A program made the position numbers and the translations under genes. From Rebecca billardiae RCC1528 (taxonomy: Eukaryota; Protista; Haptophyta), in assembly GCA_965240325.2 (NCBI GenBank), contig OZ251251.1:868001-932000 (forward strand): a DNA stretch of 64,000 nt, in the 5' to 3' direction. This document shows, one piece after another, positions 33,443-45,301 of this stretch. Each line of letters begins with the position of its first letter. Positions within the stretch are counted from its first letter, which is position 1. The notes beneath the pieces were generated by a model. That model was not told where the DNA came from. It saw nothing but the letters and a program-made list of their open reading frames with translations, and made no database searches.

Positions 33443-36145
33443 ATGTTCGGGCTGGTGCACGTCGTACTCAAAGACCTCGTCGAGCGCGCGCGCGGCGCGG
33501 GCGCGTGGCGCGCCGTGCTGCGGCGCGCCGGCGTCACGGACGACGCGCCGCTCCTCCAGCTCGCGCAGCACGCCGACGAGCTCACCCTCGGCCTCGTGCG
33601 CGCGGCCGCCGCCGAGCTCGAGCTCGACGACGACGACGCGCTGCGCGCGCTCGGCGCGGCGTTCGCGCGCTACGTCGCGGTGGGGTCGACGCACCGTCGT
33701 CTCCGCGCGATGGGCGACACGTTCGTCGACTTCCTCGACCACGTGAACGCGCTGCACAGCGCGCTGGAGACCGTGTACCGCCACTCGAGCCTGCCCTGCT
33801 TTGCGCTGCGCGCCGCCTCCACCGCCGACGCGCCGGCCGACACCGACCATCGCGCCGAGCACGGGGGGGCGCAGGCCGTCGAGCTGGCGTACTCGTCGAC
33901 GCGAGGCGCTCGGCTCGCGCCCATGGTCGAGGGCGTCCTCGTCGAGATCGCCGCCGTGCTCCACGCGCAGCGCGTCGAGATGCGCCGCATGAGCGCCGCC
34001 GACGCGCGCGCAGCCTTCCCCGGCGCGGACGCCGCGTGGCACGTCACGGTGGCGCCGCCCGAGCGCGCGCCTGCGGGCGTGGTGGGCGGCGCGCCGTCGA
34101 ACGCGCCGCAGCCGCGCTCGGCGGCACACGCGCGCGCCGCCGCCTCGTGGCACAGCGTGTTCGCGCGAGGCCAAGCGACCGTCGCGCCGGAGCCGTCGCA
34201 CGCGCGCACTGCGGAGGCGGCGGCGGCGGCGGACGCGGAGGCGGAGGCGACGCCGGCGGCGCGCGAGGGCTGGCTCTCCGCCCTCGCGCGCAGCGTGCGC
34301 ACGCGCGTCGTCCTCGGCTCGCTCTCGCGCACGGCGCTCGCGCCACGCCACCGCGCCTCGCTCAGCGGCCGCGGGTGCGCCGCCTCCGCCCCGCCGCCCG
34401 CGCTGGGGCTGGCGGACCGGCTGATGCGCGCCACGCCCGCGCCGCTGCTGTGCGCCGACTGGGAGGAGGGGCCGGCGCTGGCGCGCGCGCGCGATTTCTG
34501 GGCGGCGTCGAGCAGCCGCGCCTCGGACTACGCGCTCTCGCAGCCGGCGGAGCACGCCGACTTTTTTGTCTCGCACGCATGGGCGCCGCCCGACGGCTTT
34601 GCGGAGGCGGAGGGCGCGCGCTGCTCGTACGCAGCGCTCAAGGCGACCGCGCTGCGCGCCGCGCTGCGCGAGGCGTGCGGCGAGGCGCGCTGGCGGGACG
34701 CGACGCTGTTCGTGGACAAGGCCTCGATCCCGCAGGAGCCCGCGCTCAAGCAGTACTGCATCGAGCACCTCCCGGACTTCACGCTGCGGTGCGAGCGCAT
34801 GCTCGTGCTGCTCTCGTGGCACTACTTCAGCCGGCTGTGGTGCGTGGTGGAGTGGGTGACCTTCCTCGTCTCGCACGGGCCGGAGGCGCTGCGCGTGTGC
34901 GTCGCGCCGTTCATGCGCTCGGCGAGCACCACGCGCCGCTTCGTCGAGAGCGTCGAGCACTTCACCGTCGCCTCGGCGCAGTGCACACACGCCGCCGACC
35001 GCGACGTGCTCACCGCGCTCGTGTCCGCGCGCTACACCTCGGTGGCCGCCTTTGAGCGGTACGCGCGCGCGACCGCGCTCGCGCTGATCGCGCTCGACCT
35101 GTGCCGCCCGGCCTCGCGCGCCGAGAGCGCGCGCGCCGAGCTCTTCGAGCCGTGGCTCGCGCTGGCCGCCCGGCTGGGCGAGGAGCACCTCGTGGCGGCG
35201 CTCGCGGAGGGCCACGCCCGCCTGCTCGGCTGGCGCCGCGCCGCGCTGGCCGGCGCCATCGCCGCCGCGTCGCCCTCCTCTGCCGACGGCATCGGCGTGG
35301 CGCCCGAGTGGCAGCCGCGGTTCGACTCGCTCGTGCAGGAGTGGTACTGCCGCGCGCTCTTCCCGGCGCTGTGCGCGATCAAGAAGGCGTGCGTGCGGCC
35401 CGAGCTGCAGACGGTGGCGGCGCTGCGCGCGCGCGGCACGGGCGGGCAATGCCCTGAGCTCGCGCTGTGCAGCCCGGCGGCGCACGCGCCCGTGTTCAGT
35501 CTCACGCGCCCGAGCGGCGCATCGCCCGAGGAGGAGGCGCCAGACGACGCGCTCTCGGCGGCGGGCACGAGCCTGTGCGCGAGCAGCCCCGGGTGTGGAC
35601 GCCAACCCGCGCCCGGCAGCGGCTTGGTCGGCCAGCGCTCGCCCCTGGGCGAGCTCGAGCGCGCCACTCGGCGCGAGGCGCTCGTGGAGGTGAGCGCCAT
35701 CCTCTCCGCGGCCGACGCCAGCTCGCCGCACGCGCAGCGACGAGTCGGCTCGGACCCGTGCCCGCGCACGCAGTGGTGGCAAAGCCTGGACGCCGGGTCG
35801 AGCGCGTCTGCCATGCCCAGCGGTGCGACGAGCCGCCGCCGCGTGCGCTGCGCCAGCTGGGAGCAGCGCGCCGCCGTCGCCAAGCAGGTGGGCTCGGCGC
35901 TCGCCACCGCCGTCATGCCCTCGCGCGGCGAGCCGCGCGGCGGGCCGCGGCGCCGCGCGCGCGGCGGCAGCAGCGGGGTCTTCTTCAGCTCCGCCTCCTC
36001 GCCGACGAGCGTGCCGGCGGACTCGCCACTGGGCGGGGCGGGCGGTTATTCGCCACCGTCGCTCGGCGCGCACGCCGGGGGCCCGCCGTGGCTGCTGGTC
36101 GACTGTGAGGCGTCCGATGAGCCAGATGACGACTGCCACTGCTAG
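33443..36145 (+). CDS. H-NOX (HNOB heme NO/O2-binding) domain fused to a TIR-like domain
   Basis: N-terminus MFGLVHVVLKDLVE..GAWRAVL, MGDTFVDFLDHVNALH (proximal His), LPCF, YSSTR (YxSxR, 33890-33904). Downstream DFFVSHAW, LFVDKASIPQ, MLVLLSWHYFSRLWCVVEW. Uninterrupted ORF. Confidence 0.85.
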   Translation: MFGLVHVVLKDLVERARGAGAWRAVLRRAGVTDDAPLLQLAQHADELTLGLVRAAAAELELDDDDALRALGAAFARYVAVGSTHRRLRAMGDTFVDFLDHVNALHSALETVYRHSSLPCFALRAASTADAPADTDHRAEHGGAQAVELAYSSTRGARLAPMVEGVLVEIAAVLHAQRVEMRRMSAADARAAFPGADAAWHVTVAPPERAPAGVVGGAPSNAPQPRSAAHARAAASWHSVFARGQATVAPEPSHARTAEAAAAADAEAEATPAAREGWLSALARSVRTRVVLGSLSRTALAPRHRASLSGRGCAASAPPPALGLADRLMRATPAPLLCADWEEGPALARARDFWAASSSRASDYALSQPAEHADFFVSHAWAPPDGFAEAEGARCSYAALKATALRAALREACGEARWRDATLFVDKASIPQEPALKQYCIEHLPDFTLRCERMLVLLSWHYFSRLWCVVEWVTFLVSHGPEALRVCVAPFMRSASTTRRFVESVEHFTVASAQCTHAADRDVLTALVSARYTSVAAFERYARATALALIALDLCRPASRAESARAELFEPWLALAARLGEEHLVAALAEGHARLLGWRRAALAGAIAAASPSSADGIGVAPEWQPRFDSLVQEWYCRALFPALCAIKKACVRPELQTVAALRARGTGGQCPELALCSPAAHAPVFSLTRPSGASPEEEAPDDALSAAGTSLCASSPGCGRQPAPGSGLVGQRSPLGELERATRREALVEVSAILSAADASSPHAQRRVGSDPCPRTQWWQSLDAGSSASAMPSGATSRRRVRCASWEQRAAVAKQVGSALATAVMPSRGEPRGGPRRRARGGSSGVFFSSASSPTSVPADSPLGGAGGYSPPSLGAHAGGPPWLLVDCEASDEPDDDCHC

Positions 36146-36211
36146 TGAAGTACGCGCGCCCCACCTGGCCCTGCTTTCGTAGCGCAGTGAATAACCTATC
36201 GTCGAATGAGA

Positions 36212-36238
36212 AATATATATATATATATGTATATATAT
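36212..36238. repeat. (TA)n microsatellite
   Basis: Directly visible; lies at the left boundary of duplicated block A. Confidence 0.8.
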
Positions 36239-36980
36239 GACCGCGTTCCGCGGTCTTTTTCCGTAGAACGAACGTAGTTCGGGGCCCGCGGCGCACCCTC
36301 CGTCGGCTGCTGTCTCAGTCTGACATGTGTAACAGTTCGCCTGAGCTGCCACCGCCAACTCAGTCACTGCCGCCCACCGGGCCGGCGGGCCGAGGACTGT
36401 CGCCGCGGGTCCGCGGGCCGCCGCGGGGACTAGCGGCCGGCGCGCGCGCGCAGGCAGGGCGAGAGGCGCTGGCGCGGCGCGAGCCGGCGCGTGCGCGCGA
36501 GCGGGCGCACCTGCTTGAGGTACTCGCCCTGCGCCATGCGCTCGACGACGGGCCGCTGGTCGCTCGTGCCGGCAGAGCGAGAGCGCGCGCCACTGCTGGC
36601 CCCGGCCTGCCGGCTGCGCAGCCTCGCACCGAGACCGACCGAGCGGAGCTCGGGGCGGTGGAACGAGGCGAGCGGCGCGTCGCGCCTGCCGCCGCGCGTG
36701 CGCGCCTGCTCCACCGCGCCGCCGTGCTCGCCCGCCGCCTCCTCCGCCGCGTCGGCCTCGAAGACGGCGGCTGCCAGCGGCAGGCTGAGCCGCGCGCCGG
36801 CTCACTCACACTGTGAGTCACACCCGCGGTCGCCTCGACAGCCAACTATCCACAGCTGCTCGAGCTGCTGGAGGGCGCCGCGACGATGGCGGCGCGGGCG
36901 CCCAGCGCGTCCGTTGCCGCGTCGCTCAGCTCGTCGAGCTCGGCGCCGCACTTCGCCAGCTTGGCGCCTAGCGCCTCCGC
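36235..36980. repeat. Segmental duplication copy A (partner 38504-39280)
   Basis: Colinear similarity from 'atatgaccgcgttccgcggtc' to 'agcgcctccgc', with indels. Confidence 0.9.
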
Positions 36981-37780
36981 GTGTCACGTGCTCGTGCACG
37001 TCAGCCTGCTGATACGCCGCCGCCCATCGGCACTTCTGGCATCTGCGCGCGCAGCTGCTGCAGCTCGACGGCGGAGTCGTCGCGGCTGGCGGCGAGGGTG
37101 CGCACCGCGTCGATTGCCGAGGCCTGCAGCCCGGTGATCGCCGCGTCGACGCGCGCGGCGATTTCCCCACGCAGCCTCCTCGCGCCACGTGGCCGCCGCT
37201 CGCGTGGCAGGCAGCTGGGCGCCGCTGCGCGACCCGGAACCGGCGCGCGTTTCACTGATGCTCCTGCTCGTCCTCACGCTGCTGCACCTCCGCGCCGCCG
37301 TCGACCGAGTTGAGGAGGAGCTCGCGCTCGGCGTCGAGGCGCGAGCTCGCGTGCTCGAGCTCGCCCTTCAGCCGCGCGAGCTCCGGGCGCATCCGGCTCA
37401 TCAGCTCTGCCGCGCTGCCCGCTCGCTCGCAGCGGCGCGCTCTGCTCCGGGCCGCCGTCGACTGAGTTGAGGAGGAGCTCGGGCTCGGCGTCGAGGCGCG
37501 AGCTCGCGTGCTCGAGCTCGCCCTTCAGCCGCGCGAGCTCCGGGCGCATCCGGCTCATCAGCTGTGCCGCGCCGCTCGCTCGGCGGCGGCGGGCGGCGCG
37601 CTCTGCTCCGGTCGGCGAGCGACGAGCTCGCGTGCTCCGGACTCGGCTCGCCCTTGCGCGCTGCTCCTCGAGTGACGAACGCGCCCGCGGGCAGGTTGTT
37701 GCCCGTCGCCCCCGCCGCGATCTCGCCGCCCCCGCCGCGATCTCGTCGCGCATGTGTCCGTGGCGCGCGCCTGCGAGGTG
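36360..37780 (-). pseudogene. Frameshifted coiled-coil gene relic
   Basis: Coding-like pieces in different frames (MRPELARLKGELEHASSRLDAE; AVELQQLRAQM; VFEADAAEEAAGEHGG; RPVVERMAQGEYLKQV), interrupted by stops and a 157-bp duplication. Confidence 0.5.
37294..37610. repeat. Tandem duplication, period 157 bp
   Basis: gccgccgtcgac(c/t)gagttgaggaggagctc... begins at 37294 and 37451. Confidence 0.9.
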
Positions 37781-37840
37781 ACAGGCGGGCCGCGAGCTCA
37801 GCCTCGGGGAGAGCGGAGCGAGGAGAGGGCGAGACGCGCG

Positions 37841-37984
37841 GCCTGCGAGGCGACAGGCGCGCTCGGGGAGAGCATTTTACCATTCACATTTACAAGTGAT
37901 CAAGTTTCCCGTGCGCCTGCGAGGCGACAGGCGCGCTCGGGGAGAGCATTTTACCATTCACATTTACAAGTGATCAAGTTTCCC
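37841..37984. repeat. Tandem duplication of 70 bp, period 74
   Basis: gcctgcgaggcgacagg...gatcaagtttccc at 37841-37910 and 37915-37984. Confidence 0.9.
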
Positions 37985-38160
37985 GAGCCCTTGCCTTGCC
38001 GTTTTTATCGGTTGGCGGTTGGTGGCAATCTCATACTTAAAATCGCGCTCGTAACGAACCGTTACGTTAATGTCACGTCCAGCTGACGTCCAGATCGCAC
38101 TTTACTTAAGGGAATGAGCTGGACGCGCTTATTTTCGGCCTAATAGACCTCTCTATGCGA

Positions 38161-38305
38161 TCTCAAAAACTCGAAACTCGGTCTCCGCCAGCCCTAAAAA
38201 TCGCCCCCCGTCCCTTTTTTCTTGATCAAAGATCTTTTTGAAACGTGGTTCGGGCCCGCTGGTGCGGGCTCCACGCTGCGCGCTCCGCCCTGCACCGCGG
38301 GCCAT
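38161..38305. repeat. Diverged direct repeat B (partner ~40522-40672)
   Basis: Shared cagccct.aaaatcg..ccccgtcc..ttt.ttgatcaaa.gatct...gggctccacgct.cgcgctccgccctgcaccgcgggccat. Confidence 0.85.
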
Positions 38306-38503
38306 AATACTATGCTGCCGCCGACACTCCCTCCGTATCTGAGAACATCATCGTCGTCAATCGTCATCATTGACATGGTCAGCATATTTTCATACAGCTA
38401 GTGGGGTCAGAGCTCCGACCGTTATACACTCCCGGGTGCGCCACAATCTCGTCCCAAAATCTCTTATATATACATACCACGTCGTTAATATATAGCGCAT
38501 GAA

Positions 38504-39760
38504 ATATGACCGCGTTCCGCGGTCCTTCCGTAGAACCAACGCAGTTAGGGGCCCGCGGTGCACCCTCCGTCGGCTGCTGTCTCAGTCGGACATGTGTAAC
38601 AGTTCGTTTGCCTCGGAGCTGCCACCGCCACAACTCAGTTACCGCCCACCGGGCCGGCGGGCCGAGGACTGTCGCCGGCGGGCCGCCGCGCGGGGAAGCG
38701 GCCGCCGCGGGGCGGCGCGCGCGCGCAGGCAGGGCGATAGGCGCCGCGCGGCGCGGGCCAGCGCGTGCGCGCGTGCGGGCGCACAGTCTGCTTGACGTGC
38801 TCGCGCGGCGCCATGCGCTCGACGATGGGCCGCTGGTCGCTCACTCAGCCGGCGCACCTCGTGCCGGCAGACGGAGCGAGAGCGCGCGCCGCGCAGTGCT
38901 GCCCCGGCCTGCGCTGCCGGCAGCCGCACACCGAGACCGAGCGGAGCTCGGGGTGGAACGAGGCGAGCGGCGCGTCGCGCCTGCCGCCGCGCGTGCGCGC
39001 CTGCTCCACCGCGCCGCCGTGCTCGCCCGCCGCCTCCTCCGCCGCGTCGGCCTCGAAGACGGCTGCGGCGGCCCGAGCCAGCGGCACGGGCTGAGCCCGT
39101 GCGCGCTGGCGCCCGGCGCCGATCGCCTCGACGGCCGTCTACTCCACAGCTGGCTGCTCGAGCTGCTGCACGGGGCGTCGCGACGAGGGCGCCACGCGCG
39201 CCCAGCGCGTCCGTCTCCGCGTCGCGCAGCGCGTCGAGCTCGGCGCCGCGCTTCGCCAGCTCGGCGCCCAGCGCCTCCGCACTCGCAGTTGGCATGCGCG
39301 AGCGTGCTCAAGCTGCTCGCGTGTGCCGCGTGTGCACTGGGCGCGGCGGCGGGTGCGCTGTGCGCCGCCGACACGTCCGCAGCGCGCGCCGCGCTCGGCG
39401 CCGCGCTCGGCGCGCTGCACGCCGCGGGCGCGGGCGGGCGCGCGGCGGCGTGGGCACGAGGGCTGTCCGTGCTGTGCGCGGAGCTCGGCGCCGCCGGCGC
39501 GGGCGCGTGCCACGCGGCGCTGCTCGAGCTGCCGGCGGGTGCGCAGCTGCGCGCGCTCGGAGGGCTGCTCGGCACCGCGCTGAGCGCCGCGCGCCCGCCC
39601 GCCGGCGCCACGCCGGCCGGCGCGCTCTGGCGCCGTCGTGCTGTTCCGCGAGCACCTGCGCGGCGCCGCGCTGGCGGAGGCGCTGGCGCACGGCGGCGGC
39701 GCGGACGACGAGGAGGATGAGGAGACGATGAAGATGAGCAGGGCGAGGGCGGCGGACCGT
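38504..39760 (-). pseudogene. Second copy (A') of the coiled-coil gene relic, frameshifted
   Basis: 38504-39280 is homologous to 36235-36980. Fragments ALALLIFIV (TM-like), EALGAELAKRGAELDALRDAE, VFEADAAEEAAGEHGG and SDQRPIVERMA lie in different frames. Confidence 0.5.
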
Positions 39761-40521
39761 GGGCCGGCACGCCACACGTCTACCGATGATGCTCGGGCGC
39801 CGAACGAAGGCCAGCGCCAGACGCATATGCCTGCGGGTTGAGGGCCAAAGCTCCTTTCGCCCGCTCGAAAGTGAAGGTTGTCTCGTTTGCTGTGTGCTGA
39901 TTGGTGGTCGTCTTTCTATGGGTCGTAACCAAGCCGCTGCGTTTTTGTCAATAGCAAAGTTGGCATGGGCGAAGAGCAAACATCATAGTAAATGCGTGAG
40001 TGATTCTCGGTTTTCGAGTCTCTCCGCTCGCTGCGCGCTGATTGGTCGTTGTGCAGCTAACCCAAGGTTTTTAGTACACAGGTTGGTAGGAGTTGTGTTG
40101 TGTCGATATGGAATCGTGGACATGGAATGCTGAGCGTTTGACCAATCAACGTCTCGGAAAAAAGGACGAAACATGACTCACACGTGTGAGTACTCCCGAT
40201 CTCCGGGAGATATGGCCATTTCCGCCCACTGGGGTCATTCAGGTGTAAAGTTGAGTAATTTGGCAGCGCGCAATAAAGGTTCGTCGTTAGTAAAGTTGAG
40301 TACTTGACGAAGACTTTTTGCCAGGAGCCCAGGACCTCCAGCGCACGCGCTGGGTCCTCGTCCTATTCGGCAATATGCTATGAAGATTTACAACAAATCG
40401 CAGATTCGTTCACCCAGATATACTGACAAATGCACGTCCGTCCATCGACATATGCGAAATGGCCCGGGCGCGGCTATTTCGTCAATCGCGTCTTGCTAAT
40501 GCAGAGCAATGGGCGAATGTA

Positions 40522-40672
40522 CCCCTCGAAAAAGCGAAAACTCACCCTCCAACAGCCCTCAAAATCGTCCCCCGTCCCCTTTTCTTTGATCAAAAGATCT
40601 GCTTTTTGACAACGTAGTGAGGGCCCCCGGCGGGGCTCCACGCTACGCGCTCCGCCCTGCACCGCGGGCCAT
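40522..40672. repeat. Diverged direct repeat B'
   Basis: Matches 38161-38305. Confidence 0.85.
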
Positions 40673-40750
40673 CACACGGCCGCCGGGTATTTACTTGGAC
40701 GCACTCGTTATAGTACATAGGCGTTAAGGCTTATAATATATATATATATA

Positions 40751-41308
<558 letters not shown>

Positions 41309-42054
41309 ATTCCAGTAGGGTGTAGAATCCGCCTGTAGTGCCAATTTCAGACTGCCAAAATGATGTACACAGTCGTGATCTAATTCCTGAGTGCCAGTGG
41401 CGACGACGACAGCCACTACTCCAGGGGCGCGCGCGGATCGGGGCCTGCGTCTCGGTGCCCGGGAGTGATGCCGCTGGGAGTCATGGGAGTGCAATTGAGG
41501 AGTGAGACGGCTTGCGGCAGCATGCCCAGCCTGACAGCATGCCCTGAGCACGGCGGTCAGTTTGGAGAGCGTGAGTTATCACGTGCCAGCATTCGCGAGA
41601 GCAGACCGCGGAGCACGTTTCCGGAGCAGCCGAGCTGTACTATATAAGTGAAAGTCAGCGCGCTATCATCGATCATATCTATAGCTAGCGCGCATGCCGC
41701 GCACCCGAAACGGTTAACGGATGAGTAGCTGACGACCCGCGGGCACTTATTCCGCGCCTCCCGCATATCGGCCTCAGCAGAGTCGCAGTAGCCGGCCGCG
41801 CGGCACTGTCAGTCCGCAGAGTCCGGCTTCTGGAGTCGCTTTGCGACCGTCGGAGCTGCTCTCGAGGCGAAGGAGGAGGAAGGCGTTGATCAGCGCCGCT
41901 GAAGACTAGGACTAGGCTCTCTCGCGAGGTCCGCCGCGCGGTCTACGCCGCTGATCACGGCCTCTTGAGCACGGTCGGCCAGCGCGCGCGTCGGCAGCCA
42001 TCGTGACGCCTGCTCTCATTCAACTTTCGGCCCGTGTTAGCGCACTGTGATTGA

Positions 42055-44132
42055 TCAGTCGTTGCTGTCGTACTCGTCGGCCGCCGCCGCCTGATTGAAC
42101 TTGGAGTCGAGCGTCTTGGGCGACGTCACCTTCGAGCCGTGAGGACGGTGTTCGTTCTTCGTCTCCATCTCCGTGCCCCGTGCGCTCTTCTCCGTACTGG
42201 GGCCGCTGCGCACGGCGTTCTTCTGCTCTGGAGTCTCTGGTGCCGGTGCCTGCGGCGCGCGGCGCAGCACAACACGCAGAAAGGGCGGGCGGTGTCGTCG
42301 CGGCTCAGTCAGCGGCGCGCACCACAGAGGAGCCCGCTCGCTGCCGTTTGATTCCGCGCGGTCTTGTCCCCTTACGGGAACGCACAGCCTCGTGCGTTCG
42401 CACGGCGCGGCGCGCGGTGGCAGGAGACAAAGCTTACCTCGTGCTGCTGTGCGGCAGAGTGCGTCTCGCCGTCGCGGCGCGTCTCGTCACGCTCCTGCGC
42501 CGCGCTCGGCGCCGCGGCCTCGGCGCGCCCCTGCTCGAGCTCCGATTCGGCTGGCGCCTGGGTGCGCCGCGCCCCGTCCAGCGCGGCCGGCGGCTGCTCG
42601 GCGTGCGCAGCGTGCGCGGCGGCCTCGTCAGCGACGCCGCCGCGCGCCCCCTCCAGCTCGGCGGTGGCGCCGCGCCGCCCGTCCGCCTCCTGCAGCGCCT
42701 CGGGCTCGGCGGCGGCGCGCGGCGCGGCCTGGCGCGCCGCTTCACGTTCGGCGAGCAGGTCGGCGTCTTGACGGTCGAGCTCGGCGCGCAGCGTGTCTCG
42801 GCCCACGCGTGCCTCGGTCGCGTCCGCGGCAGCCGCGTCCTCCGCGGCACGAGCAGCGCGCTCCGCGACACGAGCAGCGCGCGCGTGCGCGCGGGCGTCG
42901 TCGCGCTGCTCGAGCGCATGCCGCAGCTGCTCGCGCGCGCCACGCAGCTGCTCGCGCGTCACGTGAAGCTCCTGCACCACGCTCGGCACCGCGGCCTCGG
43001 CGCGCGCCTGCTCGAGCTCGATCGCCGAAGCGCGCTGCGTCTCGTCCAGCGCGGCCTGCAGCCGCTCGGCGTGCGCGGCGTGCGCGGCGGCCTCGTCAGC
43101 GGCGGCGGCGCGCGCCCCCTCCAGCTCGGCGAGGGCCGCGCGCCGCCCGTCCGCCTCCTGCTGCGCCGCGTTCCGCTGCGCCTCGAGCTCGGCGGCGGCG
43201 CGCGCCGCGGCCTCGCGCGCCTCGTTGCGCGCGGCGAGCAGGTCGGCGTCTTGACGCTCGAGCTCGGCGCGCAGCGTGTCTCGGCACACGTGTGCCTCGG
43301 TCGCGTCCACGGCAGCGGCCGCGCGGTCACCAGAGGCACCCGACTCGCCAATGGCGCGCGCCTCGGCTGCGCTCACCGAGTTGAGCTCGTCGTGAGCCTT
43401 TTGCCGCTGCGCGCGAAGCTGAACACACAGCCACTCAATCGCTGCCCACAGCCCGCGCAGCAGGGCCAGCAGGGACCACCACAGCCCGTGCAGCAGCGCC
43501 AGCAGGGACCACCACAGCCCGTGCAGCAGCTCTGCGCAGGCCAGCAGGGAGCACCACAGCCCGCGCAGCAGCTTGTCCCCAAGTATGAGCCACTCATCCG
43601 CGAGCGTGCGCTGATGCCACGCCGACTCCTCGGCCTCGGTGACGGCGGGAGGCAGGTGCACCATCTGGTTGGACGCGGCGCGCGCCTCGGCTTGCGTGTC
43701 TGCGGGCTGCTCGTGCAGATCCTCAGACGCGGCGGCGATGCCTGAGCCCGCCGGTGGTGCCTGCTGATCTTGCCGATCCGCTGGGAGCGCAGCTGAAGAG
43801 TGCGCGCCCTCATGCGGCGGACGCGGCTGCGCCGCTGGAGACGGCGCGGCTTGCTGCTCGCGGCGCTTGATGCCTTCGATGACGGTCCTGATCCACTTCA
43901 TCCTGGGTGTGCCATCGCCTACGGCGTCGTCATAGCCCAGGTCTTTAGCTGCCTTCTTGAAGTGCTCGAGGTTCCGGGCTTGGATGGCCTTGACCCAGGC
44001 ATCCTTTTTTCTCGTCTTGTGCAAGTCCGAGACGCCCACGAGCTCCGCGACTTTCTTGAGCACCGGGTCGAGTCGTTCGCCTTTGAGGAGGCGGCATTCC
44101 TTCTCCGCCCGTTCCGCCGCCGTCGTCGTCAT
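42055..44132 (-). CDS. Hypothetical protein: basic helical N-terminus, Trp-rich 11-aa hydrophobic repeats, duplicated coiled coil; 2 exons
   Basis: ORF from ATG 44132. GTAAGC..CAG intron 42250-42437 joins QQHE|APAPETP...DSND*. Repeats LL(R/H)GLW(W/C)SLLA. RDTLRAEL(E/D)RQDADLLA occurs twice. Confidence 0.65.
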
Positions 44133-45301
44133 GGCGTGCCGGGAAGGGCGTCCCGCACCAAGGGTGGTCCCCGCACAGCGTCTTCGCGAAGTACAGGTTC
44201 ATCAGCGAAATCAGCGTACCCATACCCCCATAGAAGGTAGATACCTTGTCAAGTAGGGAAGGTATTCAATTAACCGCTTGATAAACCCACCAAACGGTTG
44301 GGTTGCAGTAGTTTGTACCAAGGTTGCCTGGTTGCACAGTACCAACTGTCAAGGGAAGGTAACGGATGTGTTTCATGGCGGAGAGGCCCTGCTTCATCAT
44401 CATAGCGATTTGGCGCGAGATCATAGCAAACACCGCCCGCCGCCCTCGCGCGCTGTCTCGCGCTCGGCGCGGTCCGTGGCGCCGCTGACGGGCCGTCGCG
44501 AGCGCTCGCGCAGCTGCGCTTGGGTGGACCGAACCCGCGCGCGCCGCTGAACCGCGCGCGTGCGCCCTCCTCAGCCGCCGCGGGCCGCCGGACTGACTGC
44601 GGCGCCCTGCTTGGCTGGAGCGTCGCAAACGCGGTCGCGTGGCGAGCCGATACCGATGCTCTCAGCGCGGCGCGTGGCCGCGTGCGCGACTGCGCGTGCG
44701 AGGTAGTTCATGGCCTATGCATGCCCACCGACAAGCGCCGCGCTCGGCTCGCGACCCGAACCGGCGCGCAAAGCTGACCGCTGCTCAGATGCTGGGCTGA
44801 TGCCTCGTCACTCGCCGCCGCGTCGTGCCACGCGCGCGAGGCGCAGACGACTAGACGAGGGCGCGTGTGCGCTCCGCAGCTGCAGCGCATGTGTTGCTTC
44901 GCCCTCTCCGCCCGCGGTGCTGCCGCCGCGACAGCTCGGCCTCCGCGGCCGCACCGTACCCGACTGGCCGGGTCGGGGAGCCCTCAGCCATGGCCTACGT
45001 CAGGCGGCCAGCGGCGCGTGAGCGCGGCGGACCGATCGGAGCTCGTCTCGCTCTAGCAGCTAGCAGTGAGTAGCAGGCGCAAGCGCTTCGCCTAGTCAGC
45101 CGCTTGGCCAGCCTAGAGCGCGCGCTCGACGATAGGCTGGCCAAGCAGCAGACTATGACGCGATATATAGATCGATGCTATGTGCTGTCGTCGATCGGCG
45201 TATACGCGGCATTGCTGACAGCATCGTGCGTCGTCAGTCGATCGAACTACACTTCACAGCAGCATGGTCCTTCTGAGTTCTGATGAGACCTCCGCTTCGG
45301 C

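Noticed and set aside
44231-44360. CAAGGGAAGG at 44350 and TACCTTGTCAAG shared with ~23206 as further transposon ends
   Set aside because: No matching inverted partner or TSD found; matches this short could be chance.
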